Shown: one piece after another, positions 62,472 through 64,000 of the stretch
Position numbering within the stretch: the first letter of the stretch is position 1
Layout of the letters: each line of letters starts with the position of its first letter
NCBI RefSeq assembly: GCF_009914755.1
Contig: NC_060927.1
Strand: one strand, 5' to 3'
Source of the DNA: the human T2T-CHM13v2.0 reference genome, Homo sapiens
DNA: 64,000 bases
Notes under the pieces: generated by a model
What the model was told of the DNA's origin: nothing
Seen by the model: the letters and a program-made list of their open reading frames with translations, nothing else
The model's database searches: none
Program-made: the position numbers and the translations under genes

Positions 62472-64000
62472 TACTTCTAATTGTATTAAGAAATTCTTTA
62501 GTGAGTTTTTCAACTCTATCAAATCAATTTGATTCTTTTCTAAAATGGCTATTTTGTCTTTCAGCTCTTGAATCCTTTTACTGGATTTCTTAGATTCCTT
62601 AGATTGGGTTTCAACTTTCTCCTGAATTTCGATGATCTTCATTGCCATCCAGATTTTGAATTCTATGTCTGTCATTTCAGCCATTTAATTCTGGTTAAGA
62701 ACCACTGCTGGGAAGCTAATGCAGTCATTTGGAGGTAAGAAGACACTGGCTTTTTGAGTTGCCAGAGATCTTGTGCTGGTTCCTTCTCATCTGTGTGAGC
62801 TGATGTTTCCTTAATCTTTGAAGTTGCCATTCTTCCAATAGGGCTTTTTGCTTTTGTATTCTTTGATGCCCTTGAGGGTTTGACTGTGGTATAAGTTGGG
62901 TTTAGTTCACTGGCTTTATTTCTTAATAATTTCAGTGGGCCAAGGCTCTCAGCATTCGTGGGCTGTGTGCTCTAACCCTGGGGGCTGAGACCAGGCCCAC
63001 AGCTTTGTTCTCTGCCTCCTTGAGGTTAAGTACCTGCTGTGCTAAAGGATCTGAGATGTCCCTGCTGGCAACACCACTCTGATGCAGGGGATGCCTGCAA
63101 AAGCACTTCATTGAGGGGGTGGCAATAGGGTCAAAGCACATGCAGACAACAGCATGGCAGCAGCGGGGTGGTGGACTGTGCACATGCATGCGCTAGTGGT
63201 AGGACAGCAGCAGTGCAGTTCACACACGCATGTGCATACACCAGCAAAGTGCTGGGGGAAGGCTGCAAGCAGATGCACACTGGCTGGAGTCCATCTGCAA
63301 AAGCTCTCTGATGGTTAGGCAGTGTCTACCAGCAAAAGAGCTATGGTGGTGGCCACTGAGAAGCACCCCAGTTAGGTATCTGAGGCTGTGTTGCAAGTGG
63401 GTGCAGCCACACATGAACCCTGGGAGAGGCTAGCAGACAAGAGACACTCAAATCAGACTGGCCCTGTCCCATGTGGCAAGATAGACCTGTTCTGTCCAGG
63501 TCCAACAGTCAACAAAGGCCAAAGCTACCTGAAGGAGCAAGGGAAGCCTTGGGGAATGGGTGTCCCTGTCCATGTTCTACTGCAGCTATTCCTGAGCCAA
63601 ACTATGAGCTCCATGCAGGCTGGATTCCTGTTCCCGCCAACTCTCCAAGCAGCTCTCCCTTCCAGCTCAAATGTTCATGGGGCTATAAAGTCTCCTGCAG
63701 CTAGGATTCTAGAGGTCTTTGGTGAGAAGGGGCCACTCCATACCTATTTAACTCACATTTTCCCCAGGAGCTACTCGGGATCAGAAACGAGATCTAGTGC
63801 TCAGTAACCCAATGCAGGTTTCCCAGCTTCTTCACCCTTCAGCTTACCATCTGCATCGTCCTCTGTCCACATTCAAGGCCTTCCTTTCAACAACCTGCTT
63901 GGAGGGTGCCAACTTTCTTGCTGGTCTGGTCTTCCGGTGGGAGAAGCTCTTCCTGGCTGTGTCTAGTCGGCTCCTCTTTTTGATTACTCTGAATTTAAAA

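Overview
Primate (most likely human) non-genic or intronic DNA: AT-rich, CpG-poor, dominated by interspersed repeats, with no intact protein-coding gene or CpG island. Repeats include Alus, MIR/L2, old L1M, MaLR LTRs (THE1/MST/MLT1), ERV LTRs (LTR17/HERV-W, MER9, MER11, MER67-like) and DNA-transposon MITEs (Tigger3, MER1, MER20, MER33, MER5, MADE1). There is also a 7SL RNA retropseudogene (18268-18566, minus) and a processed RNF13 pseudogene (about 52575-55920, minus). The RNF13 copy sits inside a near full-length L1PA15/16-like element that also holds a complete THE1 and a MADE1. The most unusual signals are three. First, a decayed CACTA/EnSpm (CMC superfamily)-like transposase fragment at about 16.55-17.14 kb, a group I do not know as an established part of the human repeat catalogue. 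Second, an in-frame 69-nt L1-derived cassette archived in the RNF13 retrocopy. Third, repeat-free, homeobox/SOX-motif-rich enhancer-like blocks at 23-26.7 kb. All repeat subfamily names come from recalled consensus sequences, not from a database search.
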